DNA of 64,000 nucleotides from positions 19,337 to 83,336 of the forward strand of contig VMGD01000006.1 of NCBI GenBank assembly GCA_007376405.1. Reading direction: 5' to 3'. Positions 17,443 to 26,514 of the stretch are shown here, piece after piece (the first letter of the stretch is position 1; each line of letters opens with the position of its first letter). This stretch comes from Microgenomates group bacterium Gr01-1014_7 (GTDB taxonomy: Bacteria > Patescibacteriota > Microgenomatia > Daviesbacterales > UBA10151). The notes below the pieces were generated by a model that saw only the letters and a list, made by a program, of their open reading frames with translations, was not told where the DNA came from and made no database searches. Made by a program: the position numbers and the translations under genes.

Positions 17443-18426
17443 ATGATTACTCATAAATCGTATTCTCAACTTACATCAGTAGAAAATTTATTTCAAGCTT
17501 GGAGTGAATTTAAGGTAGGCAAAAGAAAAAGAAAAGATGTGCAAGAGTTTGAAAGAAATCTGGAAGATAATCTATTTGATTTACGTTTTAAATTAAAAAC
17601 CAAAACATACAGACACGGAAACTATTTTGCATTTTATGTGCATGATCCAAAACAAAGGCATATTCATAAAGCATCGGTACAAGATAGGGTAGTTCACCAC
17701 CTGCTTTATCAATATTTATACACCCTATTTGATAGTAGTTTTACTTTTGATTCATATTCATGCAGGTTGGAAAAAGGAACTCATAAAGGGATATTACGGC
17801 TTGAGAATTTTTTGCGGAAAGTGAGCAGAAATTATACAGGGTCTTGCTGGGCGCTAAAACTGGATATAAGGAAGTTTTTTGCAAATGTTGACCACGATAT
17901 TTTAATGGAACTTTTAAAGAGAAAAATTAATGATAAAGATCTTTTGCGGCTGCTTAAAGAAGTAATTGATAGTTTTCCTCAGGGCATTCCTCTTGGTAAT
18001 CTAACATCCCAGATATTTGCCAATATTTATATGAATGAATTAGACCGGTTTATTAAACATAAACTTAAGATCAAATATTATATCCGCTATGCAGATGACT
18101 TTTTAATACTGTCTATTAATAAAAATAATTTGCAGTCTCTAATTAAACCAGTTGATAAATTCCTGCAAGAAAAATTAAAACTCGAACTTCATCCTAAAAA
18201 GATTATCCTAAAGAGATTTGATTGGGGAATAGATTTTCTAGGGTATATTGTTCTGCCTCAGTATATTTTACCAAGGACCAAAACTAAGAAGAGGATGTTT
18301 AGAAAATTAAAAGAGAAATTAGAGTCAGAAAATTTTAATCAGTCGCTGCAATCTTATATTGGGTATTTAAGTCATGCTAATGCATATAATTTATCGAACA
18401 AGATTGCCACGCAACGCTTCCAATGA
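17443..18426 (+). CDS. DGR1 reverse transcriptase
   Basis: 327 aa. RT motifs include IRYADDFLIL (YxDD) and the DGR-diagnostic PLGNLTSQIFANIYM (IGxxxSQ instead of the group II intron QGxxxSP). Confidence 0.9.
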   Translation: MITHKSYSQLTSVENLFQAWSEFKVGKRKRKDVQEFERNLEDNLFDLRFKLKTKTYRHGNYFAFYVHDPKQRHIHKASVQDRVVHHLLYQYLYTLFDSSFTFDSYSCRLEKGTHKGILRLENFLRKVSRNYTGSCWALKLDIRKFFANVDHDILMELLKRKINDKDLLRLLKEVIDSFPQGIPLGNLTSQIFANIYMNELDRFIKHKLKIKYYIRYADDFLILSINKNNLQSLIKPVDKFLQEKLKLELHPKKIILKRFDWGIDFLGYIVLPQYILPRTKTKKRMFRKLKEKLESENFNQSLQSYIGYLSHANAYNLSNKIATQRFQ

Positions 18427-18436
18427 CGAGTTGTTA

Positions 18437-18511
18437 ACTTTCTAAAATTTGGGCGGCGAATTTTTCCAGACTCTTTATTTTTTCCGCAGAGAATTTTTTG
18501 GCTTTAAAGTA
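18437..18511 (-). pseudogene. duplicated 3' fragment of sbcD (last 25 codons)
   Basis: Minus-strand translation YFKAKKFSAEKIKSLEKFAAQILES* vs intact SbcD C-terminus YFKAKKFSAEKIKTLEKFAAQLLES* (19119-19196). About 85% nt identity over ~75 bp. Confidence 0.65.
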
Positions 18512-18874
18512 TTAATTACCTGTTTTTCCGGTGATAATAGTGAGTTTTCCAATAAGAGATTTTCTGGTAGATTTATTTAGAAGAGATGTTAATTTTTTAT
18601 CTATCTGTTCAAGTGTTAAATTTGCAGACACTCCAATAACTCCGGTTGATTTACTTGTCGGGGCTAATGTTTTAAAATCTTTAATATTGAGAGTGACTAG
18701 GATTCTACTTTCCTTACCCGCGAACTGATAGACTTTAGGGTCTGGTAAGGCGCTTTGCCCATAATCACCGGTAATATGTTTAACATCAAATCGGCTATTT
18801 GTAATAGGCAAGCTTTGACGAAAGTAAAATCCCTCATCCAGCAATAGCTTGTGTTTGTAAAATCTCCGAGTCAT
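18512..18874 (-). CDS. DUF5615 family PIN-like protein (second copy)
   Basis: KLLLDEGFYF N-terminus and TLNIKDFK motif, similar to the 2328-2672 gene. Confidence 0.6.
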   Translation of the reverse strand: MTRRFYKHKLLLDEGFYFRQSLPITNSRFDVKHITGDYGQSALPDPKVYQFAGKESRILVTLNIKDFKTLAPTSKSTGVIGVSANLTLEQIDKKLTSLLNKSTRKSLIGKLTIITGKTGN

Positions 18875-19103
18875 TCCTAGATTGGCTTAAATCCTCAACC
18901 AATTCACTAATTGCGCCCTCAATAGTTTTTAGCGGTACCCAAGGATAGCCATCATGAATTGATTCAACAGTACAGCCTTCTTTTAAACGTTGAACTATAA
19001 CAGCAATTGGTATCCTGGTGCCTGCAATGCATGGTGCGCCACCCATAATATCTGATTTAGATAATATATAAGCTTTTTTCTTCATATGTTTATTATACCA
19101 CAT
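18834..19103 (-). CDS. DUF433 domain protein (second copy)
   Basis: ILSKSDIMGGAPCIAGTRIPIAVIVQRLKEGCTVESI matches DUF433. Overlaps the downstream DUF5615 gene by 41 nt. Confidence 0.6.
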   Translation of the reverse strand: MWYNKHMKKKAYILSKSDIMGGAPCIAGTRIPIAVIVQRLKEGCTVESIHDGYPWVPLKTIEGAISELVEDLSQSRNDSEILQTQAIAG

Positions 19104-19118
19104 TAATAGTATGACAAA

Positions 19119-20267
19119 CTAAGATTCAAGCAGTTGGGCAGCGAATTTTTCCAAAGTTTTTATTTTTTCAGCAGAGAATTTTTTTGCTTTAAAGTAACTC
19201 TGCAACGCCTCAACAGGAGTTAATCTTTCAACTTCTTCTTGTCCGTCTATTTTTAACCTTTCTTTTCTTTCAACATTCCGGGAAATTCCGGCAATGTAAT
19301 GAGCAGAGGATAGAGCCTTTTTAATTTTATCCATCTCCAAATTTTGCTCTAAATCAGCAGGGATATTTAAAGTTAGTCTAACGACTTTATCAGCTACATC
19401 ATGTTTTGAAATTTCATCTAAAATAGTTTGGGTAGGATTGGAATCGTTAGCTTTTAAGTCAATATCAATAGACAAAAACCTACGACAATTAGTAGGGATA
19501 AATTGGAAGTTAGTGGTCTTTGCAATTTCCACCAGACATATTCCTTTTTCTTCTTTTTCTTCGCCAAAATCAATCCTATGAGGGGAGCCGGCGTAAACTA
19601 CTAAAGGATCCTTGGATAAAACCTGGTGTTTGTGAATATGACCCAAAGCCACATAAGATAATCTTCTGTCTTGAAGTAAAGGTAGGGGGACTGTGACATC
19701 ATTTCCAATTGCCATACCTTTTTCTGAACCATAACTTGCGCCTTCTACCTCGCAATGCGATAAAAATATGGCAGGGGATTTTGGTGTAATTTTGTCATAT
19801 AAAGATTTTAATTTATCTCCAACGGTTTTGTATTCGTCTTTGTGTAACCAGGGTAAAGTTATAACTTGCAGAGTGCCTGATTTAGTGGGTATTTTTAAAA
19901 GTTCGGGTTTTCGGGAAACCCAGACATTATCTATTTCCAGGGCAGAGTAAATATCCAGAGTATTGGCTTTGCCCTCTGCATTGGGAGTGTCATGATTGCC
20001 TACAACTAAAACCACGGGAATTCCGGCTTTGGCAATTTTTTTAATTCTCTCTCCAAACCCCCTTTGCTGGGTTGGATTTGGATCACGGGTTTTGTAAGCA
20101 TCTCCTGCAAAAACCACAGCATCAACTTGATTTTCTATTGCCGTATCAACAATAAAATCAAAGGTTTTTAGAAAATCCAAAAGGCGGGTAGATAAACCTG
20201 TTTGCGGATCCAGTTTGGCATAATTTTCCATGCCAATATGAATATCCGCAAAGTGTAATAATTTCAT
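19119..20267 (-). CDS. sbcD: exonuclease SbcCD subunit D (Mre11-like metallophosphoesterase)
   Basis: MKLLHFADIHIG, GDAYKTRDP, GNHD and GHIHKHQ phosphoesterase motifs. Start placed at MKLL (20267); the 15 upstream in-frame codons are encoded by a GC-rich hairpin and are probably 5' UTR. Confidence 0.9.
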   Translation of the reverse strand: MKLLHFADIHIGMENYAKLDPQTGLSTRLLDFLKTFDFIVDTAIENQVDAVVFAGDAYKTRDPNPTQQRGFGERIKKIAKAGIPVVLVVGNHDTPNAEGKANTLDIYSALEIDNVWVSRKPELLKIPTKSGTLQVITLPWLHKDEYKTVGDKLKSLYDKITPKSPAIFLSHCEVEGASYGSEKGMAIGNDVTVPLPLLQDRRLSYVALGHIHKHQVLSKDPLVVYAGSPHRIDFGEEKEEKGICLVEIAKTTNFQFIPTNCRRFLSIDIDLKANDSNPTQTILDEISKHDVADKVVRLTLNIPADLEQNLEMDKIKKALSSAHYIAGISRNVERKERLKIDGQEEVERLTPVEALQSYFKAKKFSAEKIKTLEKFAAQLLES

Positions 20268-20377
20268 GTTTGGATTACGTCCCCCGAAGGCGGGAGGCAA
20301 GGTTCTGCACACGCGAAGTATAATATATCACATACTGAAGCGTGAAGCAGGTCCTTATATCATGGTAAAATGGGCAA

Positions 20378-21490
20378 ATGTTTGAACACAGAATAAAAAA
20401 ACTTAAAAATCAATTAGCAGAAGAAAATCTGGACGCGGTTTTGGTTTCTTCAGTTTCAAATATTACATACTTTACAGGGTATTCCAATTTTTCCAAAGAT
20501 GAACGGGAGGCGTATTTAATAATTAGCAAAGATTTTCAGTATGTTATTACTGACGGACGCTACACGGAAGCGGTAAAAAAACAAATTTCCCATTTTAGGG
20601 TTGCCGAAAGAAGTTTGTTTAAGGATTTAAAAATTGTAAGACTTGGGGTAGAAGAAAATAGTCTTACAGTTTCAGAACATAAGTTTTTCAAGAAGTATTT
20701 TAAAAAAATAAAAAAATTTAATGTTAGTAGAAGCATTAAAAGCGGAGATGAAATTAAGAAAATAGAAGATGCTGCAAAATTGGGGGACCGTGCTTTTGAA
20801 TTTGTTTTGAAAAAGATTAAAGAAGGCATTAGTGAGAAAGAATTAGCTTTTGAAATAGAACTTTATATTAAGAAAAACGGAGGAGATTTATCTTTCCCAA
20901 TAATTGTGGCTTTTGGTAAAAATTCATCAGTACCTCATCATCAGACTGGAGAAACTAAATTAGGTCCTTCGACTCCCTTCGGTCGCTCAGGACGAGGAGG
21001 ACAAATAATCCTCCTCGATTTCGGAGTAAAAGTTGATGAATATTGTTCCGATATGACCAGAACAGTTTTTTTTGGGAAAGCAACAGAGAAACAAAGAAAA
21101 ATTTATCAAACTGTTTTAGAATCACAAAAAAGGACTGTTGATTTTATTAATGAATCTATTAAAAATGGGAAACAAGTTCAAGCTAAAGATGTAGATAAAG
21201 TGGCAAGGAATTATATTATTTCCCGGGGATTCCCGTCTATACCTCATTCACTGGGGCATGGAGTTGGACTTGAGATTCATGAACATCCTCACTTATCACC
21301 TAAAAGCAAAGAAGAACTCAAAGAGGGAATGGTATTTTCCATAGAGCCGGGGATTTACATCCCGGGATTTGGCTCGCCTCGCTCGACGCGAGTCGAAGCG
21401 GGAGGAGTAAGAATTGAAGATTTATTTGTTTATCAAAGACAGGGCTTGAAACAAACTACCAATTCCCCAAAAGAAATAATTGAGATATAA
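20378..21490 (+). CDS. M24 family Xaa-Pro aminopeptidase-like peptidase
   Basis: LDFGVKVDEYCSDMTRT, HSLGHGVGLEIHE and EPGIYIPG...GGVRIED motifs. Carries two GC-rich in-frame insertions (20963-21000, 21371-21405). Confidence 0.85.
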   Translation: MFEHRIKKLKNQLAEENLDAVLVSSVSNITYFTGYSNFSKDEREAYLIISKDFQYVITDGRYTEAVKKQISHFRVAERSLFKDLKIVRLGVEENSLTVSEHKFFKKYFKKIKKFNVSRSIKSGDEIKKIEDAAKLGDRAFEFVLKKIKEGISEKELAFEIELYIKKNGGDLSFPIIVAFGKNSSVPHHQTGETKLGPSTPFGRSGRGGQIILLDFGVKVDEYCSDMTRTVFFGKATEKQRKIYQTVLESQKRTVDFINESIKNGKQVQAKDVDKVARNYIISRGFPSIPHSLGHGVGLEIHEHPHLSPKSKEELKEGMVFSIEPGIYIPGFGSPRSTRVEAGGVRIEDLFVYQRQGLKQTTNSPKEIIEI

Positions 21491-22112
21491 TTCACCCTCC
21501 ATGAATAAATGGAATCAACTGGTAAATAAAGAGTCAATAGATAAAGCTATTAAAGCTTTAAAGGCAAATGGCATTGATGCTAAATTTGTTGAAACTGCCA
21601 ATGAAGCAAAAAAAGAAGTTTTATCTTTAATCCCGGAAGGCGCAGAAGTTATGAACATGACCTCTGTCACTTTGGATACATTAGGTTTGCCGAATGAATT
21701 AAATGAATCAGGTAAATATAATTCTATCCGTAATAAATTAAACGCAATGGATTGGGCAACCCAAAGTTTAGAAATGCAAAAAATGGGGGCAGCGCCGGAG
21801 TGGGCAGTTGGTAGTGTCCATGCGCTAACAGAAGACGGACATGTGTTAATTGTTTCCAATAGCGGAAGTCAATTGCCGGCTTATGTTTACGGAGCAGGCC
21901 ATGTTATTTGGGTTGTGGGAGCACAAAAAATAGTTAAAAATACCGATGAGGGCATAAAAAGAATTTATGAATATGTACTGCCCCTGGAGGATGAAAGAGC
22001 CCAAAAAGCTTACGGGGTCGGAAGTGGAGTTAGTAAACTGTTGATTATCAATAAAGAAAAAACATCAGGTAGAATTACTATGATTATAGTTAATGAAGTA
22101 TTGGGTTTTTAA
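21480..22112 (+). CDS. LUD domain (YkgG/LutC-like) protein
   Basis: WAVGSVHALTEDGHVLIVSNSGSQLP resembles the LUD/DUF162 core. Weak assignment. Confidence 0.45.
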   Translation: MRYNSPSMNKWNQLVNKESIDKAIKALKANGIDAKFVETANEAKKEVLSLIPEGAEVMNMTSVTLDTLGLPNELNESGKYNSIRNKLNAMDWATQSLEMQKMGAAPEWAVGSVHALTEDGHVLIVSNSGSQLPAYVYGAGHVIWVVGAQKIVKNTDEGIKRIYEYVLPLEDERAQKAYGVGSGVSKLLIINKEKTSGRITMIIVNEVLGF

Positions 22113-22688
22113 TTAAACCCGGTAAATCCAGAAATCCCCTTCATATTGATTTTTACCAAGTAGGGTATTTGGCATATTTTTTTGCTTTAAAAAAATCTTT
22201 TTATATGGCTTCCAGTTTTTAAAGTGAAAAGTTTGAGTGATTACTTTTGCCCCTCTCTTTAAATTTTTCTTTAAAAGTGGCTCTAATTTATCAACTCCTT
22301 TAGGGAGAAGAAAAATAAATATGGCATCAGAGTTATAGTAGTTATAATAATTATGATCTTTATAATATTTATTCTTAAATATGTTTCCATGAATGAATTT
22401 AGCGTTAGGTAATTTTCTGACTTTCCATTTAGAATATAAAACTCTTATTAAAGATTGCTCAATGCCAAAAGCTTTTGCTCCCATTTTTGCTGCTTCTATT
22501 ACTACTCTTCCATCTCCACTGCCTAATTCATAGAAAACTTGCCCTTTTTTTAATCCGGCCAGCGTAAGAATTTTTCTAATTCTGGATAATTTTGTAGCAA
22601 CATATGGAGCATCTGATCCGGCAAACCAGGAAAGAGCTAGTAAACAACCCAAAAGAATGCCTAAAGATAAAATTAATGTGAGATCCAT
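22113..22688 (-). CDS. class I SAM-dependent methyltransferase (putative)
   Basis: Motif I-like VFYELGSGDGRVVIEAAKMGAKAFGIE; N-terminal TM helix. Confidence 0.5.
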   Translation of the reverse strand: MDLTLILSLGILLGCLLALSWFAGSDAPYVATKLSRIRKILTLAGLKKGQVFYELGSGDGRVVIEAAKMGAKAFGIEQSLIRVLYSKWKVRKLPNAKFIHGNIFKNKYYKDHNYYNYYNSDAIFIFLLPKGVDKLEPLLKKNLKRGAKVITQTFHFKNWKPYKKIFLKQKNMPNTLLGKNQYEGDFWIYRV

Positions 22689-23665
22689 TTTAAAAGAAAT
22701 ACTTTCAGTGGCATAAGTTTATCTATGAATGTAAAGATTAAATAGATGGGCCAATTAAATACCAAATCAAAAGTTCCAATATATTCCACCAGTTTACCTC
22801 TGTAACCGGCTTTAAATTTATGAAATCCACGCCGGGAATCCGCTCCCCACATATCAAAGCTTTTTAAACCCATTTTTTTGCCAAGTTTTATGGCTTCCCA
22901 GGCAATTAGATTATTGGCCATAACTTCTTTATGTTCTACGGATGATCCGCCATAAGGATAGTAAAGTGTGTCTTTAAAATTTAATAACATCCAGGCAGTT
23001 AGAGGTTTATTTTTAAATGATGCAATCAGCAGCCTGGCCATGCCCATATCTTTCAATGTATCCCAGATTTTTTGATGGTAATTTTCATTATGTCCATGAT
23101 AGCCTTGACGGCGAGTGGTTTCAAAATAGAGTCTTAAATAGACTCTGAATGCTTCGTCATCAACGCTTTCTTTAACAGTTACTTTGTGTTTTTGGGCAAC
23201 CAGGATATTGTATCTTGTTTTTGGATGCATGTTTTTCAAAAGCTCATCTTCTGACTTTGTGAGATCAACTATAAAGTTATATTTAGTAAAAAGAGGCTTA
23301 GGTGATAGATGAAAAACTTTTGGGATAGATTGCTTCGCTTCGCTCGCAATGACGCTGGGTTCCAGCTTTATGAATGCGCATTTGTGCGCCTTCCCAATTG
23401 CCTTTAAGGCATTGGTAAAAGCACCATCTGGAAATGGCCCTTTTGGCAAATAACCAACATTAAAATTAGTAAATGGAATTTTATGTAGTATTAATTGAAA
23501 AGCAGTTTTAAGCTTGTCATTGGCAAAAATGCCATAGCGAAAAACAGGAGTTCCCAAAGCTTTCCTGGCCTCCCCCCATTCCCAGCTCTGCATTACATGG
23601 GTAGCTATTTTATTATATTGAGATTTTTGTTTTTCAGTAATCGGCCGCAAGTCTAAAATTTTCAT
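22673..23665 (-). CDS. FemAB-family peptidoglycan aminoacyltransferase (putative)
   Basis: 330 aa; GNAT-like tandem fold pattern (YLPKGP..., YYPYGGSSVEHKEVMANNLIAWEAIKLGKKMGLKSFDMWGA) consistent with FemX/FemAB-like enzymes. Confidence 0.55.
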   Translation of the reverse strand: MKILDLRPITEKQKSQYNKIATHVMQSWEWGEARKALGTPVFRYGIFANDKLKTAFQLILHKIPFTNFNVGYLPKGPFPDGAFTNALKAIGKAHKCAFIKLEPSVIASEAKQSIPKVFHLSPKPLFTKYNFIVDLTKSEDELLKNMHPKTRYNILVAQKHKVTVKESVDDEAFRVYLRLYFETTRRQGYHGHNENYHQKIWDTLKDMGMARLLIASFKNKPLTAWMLLNFKDTLYYPYGGSSVEHKEVMANNLIAWEAIKLGKKMGLKSFDMWGADSRRGFHKFKAGYRGKLVEYIGTFDLVFNWPIYLIFTFIDKLMPLKVFLLKWISH

Positions 23666-24213
23666 TTTTTCTTTTTCCTAATTGACTTTTTAGTAGGTTT
23701 ATGATATCTTTTATTTGTAGACCGAGCCTGAGCGTCGACCAGAGTTGAAATACATTCTCTTAAACGCCCATCGGTCTTTTTTATTGCTTTAATAATATCT
23801 TCCAAGTTCAAAATTTTATCCGGTTTTATTTTCTTATCAAAAACATCCTTTGCTGCATAATGAGCAGGTGGCCTATTACCAATTCTGGCAAAGCTTATTT
23901 CATGTTCTATCTTATTATTATTCTTGAGTAAAGAAGTAGCAAACTGTTTGATAATTTTATCTTTTCCAGGGTATTCAGTATCAATAGTAACGCTAGATTT
24001 TTCTTTAAGGTTGCTTAATAGATAAAATACTCCTACTGAAAACAGATAATAGACAAAAAGTGAGGTAAAACCATGAAGACGAAAGATCTCCTGAACTTTA
24101 CGTTTTAATCTTCTTGGAACTACTACTGCAAATTTAGTACCGTTAGAATAGGCAATTACTGTATCCTTACTTGTTTGCTCAATCTTTCCAGACTGATCAA
24201 TTTGGTAGGTCAT
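23662..24213 (-). CDS. hypothetical membrane-anchored protein
   Basis: 183-aa ORF with one TM helix. Confidence 0.35.
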   Translation of the reverse strand: MTYQIDQSGKIEQTSKDTVIAYSNGTKFAVVVPRRLKRKVQEIFRLHGFTSLFVYYLFSVGVFYLLSNLKEKSSVTIDTEYPGKDKIIKQFATSLLKNNNKIEHEISFARIGNRPPAHYAAKDVFDKKIKPDKILNLEDIIKAIKKTDGRLRECISTLVDAQARSTNKRYHKPTKKSIRKKKK

Positions 24214-24281
24214 ATTCTAGGAATTATAACAAAATATTGACATTTACCCACCCCCGTGCTAATCTGAAAATAGTTTTAACT

Positions 24282-25073
24282 ATGGAAAAGGTAAATGCTG
24301 AGCTGAAAACGAAACCAGAAGATCCTGCGGAGGTTGAAAGGGGGAAGCGCGTTAATCTTTTAGTTAGACTTGACTTTTTAGGTAGAACAATTGATAAGGT
24401 GGCACCGGATCTTAGGATGTTTGTTAAACTTCCGGGAGGTTACGAAGGCGATACCATTGTTTTTCTTACAAAACGGAAAAAGCCGGGACAGGTAACTTAT
24501 CCGAATGGTCAATCAACGGAGTATCAAAAGGATGAAACATTTGTTCTAAGACCTTCGTGGGGAGATAACGTTGATATTCATCCACCTATAATGAATGAGT
24601 TTACAGGAGATGCCAAAACAAGTCTGGTAGATCCGATTATAGAAGAGGCTGCTGCTAAAGGCCTTTCCTGGGAGGAATTTGAAGATAGAATGAAACGCTC
24701 GGGTGGAAAAATAGAAAGACTCTATCCCGCGAGAGTTAAAAAACCATTTAGTGAAATAGAGAGGGATGCTGCACGATTTTTATCAACTGGTGTATACGGA
24801 GGAAGAAATACTCCTTATAAACCATTGAATATGGAGAATAGGCCATTTCCGGAGCAGTTATTAGTGGGAAATTTTTATTTTTATAAGAAACCTCTTCAAA
24901 AGGGTGAAACTCTAACGCAAAGAATAGAGGAAACTGATAGAGCGCTAAATAAATGGTATAGAGATCAGCAGGATTTACAAAGACGTCAAGCAGAAACTCC
25001 AGTAGAAACCCCTGAACAACCAAGTAGGGGAGGTTTGCTCCAGGCTGTAAGAAGAGCTATTACGCGACGCTAA
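24282..25073 (+). CDS. hypothetical protein
   Basis: ORF from MEKVNAELKT. The longer ORF starting at 24171 would overlap the divergent upstream gene. Confidence 0.4.
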   Translation: MEKVNAELKTKPEDPAEVERGKRVNLLVRLDFLGRTIDKVAPDLRMFVKLPGGYEGDTIVFLTKRKKPGQVTYPNGQSTEYQKDETFVLRPSWGDNVDIHPPIMNEFTGDAKTSLVDPIIEEAAAKGLSWEEFEDRMKRSGGKIERLYPARVKKPFSEIERDAARFLSTGVYGGRNTPYKPLNMENRPFPEQLLVGNFYFYKKPLQKGETLTQRIEETDRALNKWYRDQQDLQRRQAETPVETPEQPSRGGLLQAVRRAITRR

Positions 25074-25759
25074 AAAATCTGGATTTTTGCTTTTTGGCGG
25101 AGTTCCTGGAATTTTTGGCTGAAGATTTGAGAAAGTTTTTGCTGTTTTAGCGTATCTCCAGCTTCTTTTTGCTGGTTGGCAGAATCTGTGGCTTTTAAAA
25201 CTTCTTTATTTTGTTCTATAAACTTTGTTACCTCATCTGCAGAAATAGTTGCTTCTTTATCATAAAGCTTGGCGATAGCAAGCTGGACTCTAATCTGATC
25301 TCTTAAGGTTTGTCTTGTTTGGCCTTGCTGGGCAAGAAGATTATCCAGCATATCTTTTCCCCCAACATTTGTTTCCAGTTCCGAGATTTTTTTATTGATT
25401 TCTTCTTCTGTTGGTATTGCTCCACTCTTTGCGGCTTCTCCAAGAATTATTTTCTCGTTAATTAGCTGATTTAGGGTTTGAGTGCGGAATTGCTGATTAA
25501 GTTTTGATTGGAGCTCTAAATTTGTGAGAGGGGAGTTATTGACGGTTGCGGCAATAAACCAATTTTTTTTGTACATCGCCAAAATTAAAATTATGGCGAT
25601 TAGAGCTATAATATAGATAGTTTTGGAACGCTTAAAATTTAAAATTTTCTCGGAAAAAGTATTTAAAAAGTTGTTGAGCCTGCCTCCGGGAATTGTATTT
25701 ACACTCTGCACTCTTTTCGCCATTGGCCGATAATAACAGAATAAATTGTATTTTTGCAA
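25070..25759 (-). CDS. SurA N-terminal-domain-like periplasmic chaperone (putative)
   Basis: TM anchor followed by a helical Gln/Lys-rich domain resembling SurA_N/PpiD-type chaperone domains. No PPIase domain. Confidence 0.4.
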   Translation of the reverse strand: MQKYNLFCYYRPMAKRVQSVNTIPGGRLNNFLNTFSEKILNFKRSKTIYIIALIAIILILAMYKKNWFIAATVNNSPLTNLELQSKLNQQFRTQTLNQLINEKIILGEAAKSGAIPTEEEINKKISELETNVGGKDMLDNLLAQQGQTRQTLRDQIRVQLAIAKLYDKEATISADEVTKFIEQNKEVLKATDSANQQKEAGDTLKQQKLSQIFSQKFQELRQKAKIQIF

Positions 25760-25767
25760 GGACTAAT

Positions 25768-26514
25768 TTACAAAAGATATATGTCAATAAATCTAGCTGT
25801 CCAGCCGGCAGTGCGGGCATCATCAAATCCTAAATCAATAATATTTCCTTTGATTGCTCCTCCGGTATCTCCGGCAACAGCAACCCCATATCCCGGAATA
25901 TAAACCTTACTTCTCAAGGGGATAACTTTTGGGTCAACTGCAATTACACCTTTGCCTGCCCGTATGCCGGTAGCTGTCCACTCATTACAACCGGGACAAT
26001 GAGAATCATAATGAGTGGCATAAACCCGCATTTTCTTCCAGTACTTCATTTCTGTGTCAGCAATGGATAAAGTTTTCCAGATAATTTTGGTGCCCCGCAA
26101 AATCTTTTTATCTTTGGCAGGTATAGTTTCCGAAGAAATAATTTCTCTGGAATATTCTTCGCTGGGGCTCACCTCGAAGGAGTCAGAGCCCACTCTCGAG
26201 GTGTTTGCTGGTTTTGAATAGGTGATTTTTACAATTTTTGTTTTCTTGCCGTCCACACCTTCTTCCAAAACTTTTTCTTCACCTGCTTCTACCTCGGGGT
26301 CATCTTCATAGATTGTTTTTTTAGAAATAACTTCTGTTTCTTCCTTTAAGCTTTCAGTAAAAGAAGACTGGGTTGTGACTGGCTGATCTATAGGTAGTGT
26401 TTCAGCAGGCGAGGGACTGGACTGCCCAAGTACAGCCGAGGCTTGCCCCGCCAGAGGCGGGGCAAAAATGGTAAGTAAGGCTATTAAAATAATACCTAAA
26501 TATCTTTCAAGCAT
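25768..26514 (-). CDS. 3D domain protein (MltA-like 3D fold, G5-like linker)
   Basis: C-terminal YATHYDSHCPGCNEWTATGIRAGKGVIAVDPKVIPLRSKVYIPGYGVAVAGDTGGAIKGNIIDL is a clear 3D domain; signal peptide at N-terminus. Confidence 0.65.
   Translation of the reverse strand: MLERYLGIILIALLTIFAPPLAGQASAVLGQSSPSPAETLPIDQPVTTQSSFTESLKEETEVISKKTIYEDDPEVEAGEEKVLEEGVDGKKTKIVKITYSKPANTSRVGSDSFEVSPSEEYSREIISSETIPAKDKKILRGTKIIWKTLSIADTEMKYWKKMRVYATHYDSHCPGCNEWTATGIRAGKGVIAVDPKVIPLRSKVYIPGYGVAVAGDTGGAIKGNIIDLGFDDARTAGWTARFIDIYLL

Noticed and set aside
17443-18426. Reverse transcriptases as group II intron or retron RTs
   Set aside because: There is no intron RNA domain structure, maturase/endonuclease domain, or msr/msd signature. 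Both RTs carry the DGR-type I/LGN(L/V)TSQ motif and each sits next to a TR/VR pair with adenine-specific mismatches.
16629-18426. Prophage, integrase or transposase context for the DGRs
   Set aside because: No integrase, transposase, terminase or capsid-like genes in the window. Both DGRs appear chromosomal, flanked by housekeeping genes.
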